Part shown: positions 59,671 through 64,000 of the stretch, in pieces
Numbering within the stretch: position 1 is the stretch's first letter
Layout: every line of letters starts with the position of its first letter
Assembly: GCA_905178155.1 (NCBI GenBank)
Contig: CAJINV010000001.1
Span: 6,295,860-6,359,859, forward strand
From: Amoebophrya sp. A120
Taxonomy: Eukaryota > Protista > Dinoflagellata
Reading direction: 5' to 3'
DNA: 64,000 nt
Notes under the pieces: model-generated
Seen by the model: the letters and a program-made list of their open reading frames with translations, nothing else
What the model was told of the DNA's origin: nothing
Databases searched by the model: none
Translations under genes and position numbers: made by a program

Positions 59671-61735
59671 ATGATGAACACGTCGATGACCACGTCGATG
59701 ACCACGACAGTTTCTAGCAGTATGACGCAGCTTGTCAGCCGCGGTGCGCTTTTTCTCCTCTACTTGGCATTGTTCCTATCCGCCGCCCCACACAGCTTTA
59801 TTCTCCCCGCAAATGGAGACGCTGCGTCTGTCGCCGAGTTTTTCCACATGGTCGACGAATATGTGGACCACGTTCCGCCACACATGACCATCTGTCAATT
59901 CGGTCTGGTGCCCTTTCACGAGCTGCTCACGCACCAGATTTTCGCGCGCCTCACGCCGCCGAAATTCCAGAACACGTATGTGCACTTCTTGCAAGTGGAC
60001 GGTTTAGTGGATGACGGCCTCGAAACTGTCGATGAAAAAGGCGAGAAAGACAGCAGCTCAACATCATCAACTGCTGGCGAGCAACAACAAACAGAGAGCA
60101 CATACGCCTTGGATACATTAAAACTTTTGAAGGACACCTACGGGGACAAGCGGGTGAACGGATTTGGGTCAGTCAACACGTTCGACAGCTACTGCAGCAT
60201 GATTATCGTCACACTGCACTACCCACACGTCAGCTTCGAGGACGTGTCGGTCGTCGCCCGCAAGATCGATTCCATCTTCCTCGCCTACATCAAGTCCGAG
60301 GACAGCTGCCACACGCAACAGCTCGAGTGCCGGTGGATGAGTCGCAGTTGGGAGGCGGTGCTGGGCGAGGGCTCATTTTGCGGTGAGAACGTGTGCCTCG
60401 GCATGGTGCCATCGGACCAGGTGTTCGACGAGGTAATGGCGCAGAGCCCCATGGTGGAGTGCAGCGAGTTTATCGAAAACAGCGATCGACCAGCCTCCTG
60501 GACCACGCAATGGCAGCAGGACTGGTTCATTTACCACAACTTCTTCTCCAAGGAAGCGCTGCAGCGGGAGAAGAATAGCCTGACGGAACTCGGGGAACAA
60601 ACCGCCGCGGGGGTGACAGAGGCGAAGGAGCGACTGAACTTACCCGAGACGACGAATAAAAAGCTGTATTTCGCCGAGGTGGGCGCCTACCACCCGTTCA
60701 AGTACAGCAACACGCTGTTTTTCGAGAAGTGCCTCGAGTGGGACGGGATTTGCGTGGAGCCCAACCCCTACCACGCGCACCTGTTCAAAACGTACCGGCG
60801 CTGCGCCTTGGTGCCCCACTGCGTCTGGAGCAGTACGAAAACGGTGACGATGAGCTTCGCCAAGGACATGATAGAGGCGGCGGTGCCGGACGACGCCACC
60901 GGCGACATCCCGGACATCAACACCTACGACCCCTCGCAGCAGAACAACTCCAAGAAGCCCGCGCACCAGTTCGATGCGGTCTGCCTCTCGCTGGACAGCA
61001 TACTGCAGGACTTCTTCGAATTTCCGAAAAATGAGTTCGGGCAGACGCTGGTGCATTACATCTCCCTCGACGCGGAGCACGCGGAGGTCGAGATTCTGAA
61101 GGCGTTCCCCTTCTGGAAGTACGACATCAAGTATGAGAGTGTACAACTACAACTCTCCCTCCCCCTCATTTGCATGGCATGAGCAGCAATACAAACACCA
61201 ACACACGCGGAGCCTGTGCATGACAAGTTGAAGCTCACGGACCGAGTGTCGTACTCTTTGGGCTTCCGAAATTTGTCATGCAAACTATGCCACAAGGAGA
61301 AGGACAAGTGACCAAATCAATTGGGGACTTTGCATCAGTGATGCAAATTGCACAAATTCCAAATTCACAAAATGTTAAGGAGGGGGAGTTGTGCACTGTT
61401 ATATCAAGGTCTGGTTGATCGAGGTGCAGCCGGACAACTTCTACGCCGTCGACGCGATACTGTTGACGAACGGTTACGGAAAAGTTGCAGTTTTGGGCGG
61501 GGACCACGTCTACGTGAAGTTGGGCAACATTTTTACGGAGTTGGACTATCCGAGCAGTGCGAAGGCGGAGCAGGAGGCAATAATGGGGAACAAGACACAC
61601 GGATTTCATGAGCATAAACAACCGAAAATTGATTATTCGACAAATAGACCGAGGAGCGCGATGAAAAAGAAGAGGGACGACGAGGATGGGGAAGAAGGGA
61701 AGGATGAGGATGGTGGGGAAAGAGAAGATCATTGA
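59671..61735 (+). CDS. FkbM-family (Methyltransf_21) SAM-dependent methyltransferase with N-terminal signal/TM; 2 exons
   Basis: QWQQD, FAEVGAYHPFKYSNTLFFE, WDGICVEPNP, YISLDAEHAEVEIL; removing 277 nt joins YDIK|VWLIEV. Confidence 0.88.
61132..61403. mobile_element. Introner-like non-canonical intron (TAT...ATA TIR, perfect TCAAG direct repeat)
   Basis: tcaag at 61127-61131 and 61404-61408; tatgagagtgtacaact vs agttgtgcactgttata, 14/17 inverted. Confidence 0.9.
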
Positions 61736-63163
61736 AATCTTTGTGAAAGATGTCTTAGATCTAGGTGCAAGACAGCTGCAGTATTCGGGATCTTGATAGA
61801 TGACTTTCAACGACAACAGCGAAGAGGCCATCTGTGTAATCTTTCTCAGCGTTTCCTCCACGCAAAAGGATCAAAACATACTTATACTACGATTGGGATC
61901 TCAGACTTGTTTTTACTCCATCTAGACACGGGCTATTTCTCCATTTTTCTGGTACTTTACCAGAGGAAGATAGCGAGCTTTCTCTTAAGAACCATGAAAA
62001 GGACAGTCGCATTTTTCTGGATCTTTGTAGCAGACTGCCTTACCATGCCCAGCGTTCTTGTGAATGAGCGCATTACAGATTCTCGAAAGGGTAAAGGTGC
62101 GTACTACGGGGCCCAGGTCTAGTAGAAGCAAGACCAGTAAGTAGCTTTCGACTTTTGCGGGTCTTGTTTCAAAGCCATTCGTAAAGCCTAGCGACAAAGG
62201 TGACAGCTTCTAAGAGAGCATTCGACCCCCCTAGGGCTCAAATCAAAAGAAAGAAGTCGCAGAGAAAAAAAAAAAAAGAAAGTGCGAGAGAAGCGACAGA
62301 TAAAGAGGGCAGGTCGCACACAAAAAGAAAGAAAGTTTGAAGTGCCCCAAGATACAGAGCGCAAAAAAAAAAAAAGAAAGAGCCAGCGCGACAAAAGAGA
62401 AAAAAAAAGAGGACGAAGTAAGAGGCTCACATCGAAAAGAAAGTAAGAACGTCCCACCTAAGGTTGACCGCAGCAAAGTGTGTATAACTCCGTGTTGATC
62501 ACTAAGCTCGGTGGCGCTTTTCGTTCTGGCCGGCTTTGCTGCTCTTGCAAAGAAGCTAGCTACCGGGCTTCGCTTGGGGTCTGTTTTTCCTGTTCGACTG
62601 ACACATCACCCAGAGGCGGTGGGTGTAGTGTCAGGTTTGTCGGGTGGCTGAGGATCTGACCCAGCGCTTAGGATTGGATCTTCTGGACATTGGGTGTGGA
62701 GGTGGTAGCACACAATGGACCCCAATTGAACTTCCCTTCACTGCTAAAATGGGCGGTGTTGCGTCGTTCAAGATGCCTGGCTCTCAATGCAATCCAGTGC
62801 AGACAATTTACCTTCAGGAAACTTAGACAGTTCGTTAGCAGTTCCTGGCTCGCCTTGGCAGCTACTACAGTGCCGAAGAAGCTTGCTCCACATTGTTTTT
62901 TCCGGTCGTGAACTCAGCTCTACTAGACACTCCACCAATGATGAAGGTTGTGCGAATCGATTGCAAATGATGTGAAGAAATGAAAAACACTGCTGGCATG
63001 CCTCGTGCCCCTGGCGCTCGGTGTTACCGCGCAACTTGCTTGTTTGTTCGCGCGGACCCCAACATTCGTTTTTGTCATGGTGGCAAGAACTCGTGATAAG
63101 AACAGATACAGATCATTATCGTTGCTCAAATTCAACGCCACAGGTTTACCCGGAAGCCGAGAA

Positions 63164-63208
63164 GATGGGGAAGAAGGGAAGGATGAGGATGGTGGGGAAA
63201 GAGAAGAT
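63164..63208 (+). repeat. 45-bp exact duplicate of the FkbM gene 3' end (61685-61729)
   Basis: gatggggaagaagggaaggatgaggatggtggggaaagagaagat is present twice. Confidence 0.95.
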
Positions 63209-63958
63209 TATCGAGACGCAAACAGAGGGGAGCTGTAGCTGAGCAGGCTCTTTCCAAAAATCTCATGTCGATCGTCATGTTGTAGCTCTGGATAACGATA
63301 ATTATTTCTGAAAATCGAAATCCGCATGCACCGGTGACCACTCTGCATTTCCGCTGCAACTTCTGCTGCGTGCGACTGCGGTCACCTCGCCCGCCTACAA
63401 TGACGTCGGCGAATATTGAACATCAACATCATGAGATTCAAATTCATGGTGTGCGATATCTGTGGTCGCTGAAGATTGTCCTTCCATGATGTCGACTGCC
63501 AAAAATTCTGTTCCTCGAGATCCACCAACGTCGGTCACACCTCTGAGAGAGCTGCAAAAAAAATATCAACGATCATACATTTTCATATTTTCTGCCGCAA
63601 ATGGAACGTGCAAGTGGATGTTTGGAACAAATCGCAACGAAATAATCGCTCGCCAGAAAATTCCCCCAACTTTCGACACCTCGACGTGCTCCACTTACTT
63701 TTCCGATTTATTCAGGAACAGCTGTTCTACGACTGCTGCACTTACTAGCAAACTGCTTTACAACATCAAAGCGCAATAGAAATAACTGTTTTAGTTACGT
63801 TTACAACGATAGATCAATCCAAAGCATAACTGCTTTACGCTAAGTAAAGTACAACGATATCATTTCTGGCTTTACCTATAAAGGGTAAGGTGAAGGATAA
63901 AATAAAACAAACTATTTAACACGACTCTCACTTATTGATCCACAACAAACGACAAAAA

Positions 63959-64000
63959 ATGGCGGCCGACGCACCCGCAAAGGATGCTAAGGTGTCCCTG
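63959..64000 (+). CDS. Probable 5' start of the next gene (MAADAPAKDAKVSL...), truncated by the window end
   Basis: aaaaATGgcg context like other genes here, and a switch to GC-rich codons after an AT-rich spacer. Confidence 0.4.
   Translation, partial: MAADAPAKDAKVSL

Noticed and set aside
62250-62445. A-rich tract resembling a retro-element poly(A) tail
   Set aside because: Interrupted low-complexity purine tract with no adjacent RT ORF or clear TSD.
1-64000. Autonomous transposase or recombinase for the TIR introns; tRNA or rRNA genes
   Set aside because: No DDE, tyrosine-recombinase or RT motifs, and no structural RNA recognised by eye; HMM and covariance searches would be needed to exclude them.

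Overview
Eukaryotic, gene-dense window, most likely from a dinoflagellate-lineage parasite (Amoebophrya/Syndiniales-like; inferred from gene content and intron style). All ~19 supportable genes are on the + strand: an SDR 3' end, a single-domain voltage-gated cation channel, a bacterial-type EcKinase/APH phosphotransferase, a Dpy-30/RIIa-like protein, MsrB, prolidase, a PIG3-type quinone oxidoreductase, a large DnaJ-domain protein, an HxxxDG acyltransferase, a large kinase-like protein, a coiled-coil protein, CKS1 (missed by the ORF track), a large membrane protein, a TFIIS-like protein, an FkbM methyltransferase and several hypotheticals. Two unusual things stand out. (1) Alongside ordinary GT-AG introns, four introns are built as [5-bp direct repeat]-TAT...terminal inverted repeat...ATA-[5-bp direct repeat]; two more look like decayed versions. 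For several I found no frame-preserving GT-AG pair at the element ends, and two of them, 58 kb apart, share the terminus TATnnnAGTGCACAA (introner-type elements). (2) Two tandem arrays (25.5-29.9 kb and 42-44.8 kb) each duplicate a gene end or gene-start module around different decayed cargo, and the duplicated sequence contains extreme GC-rich, A-depleted islands. No rRNA, tRNA, CRISPR array or transposase ORF was recognised.
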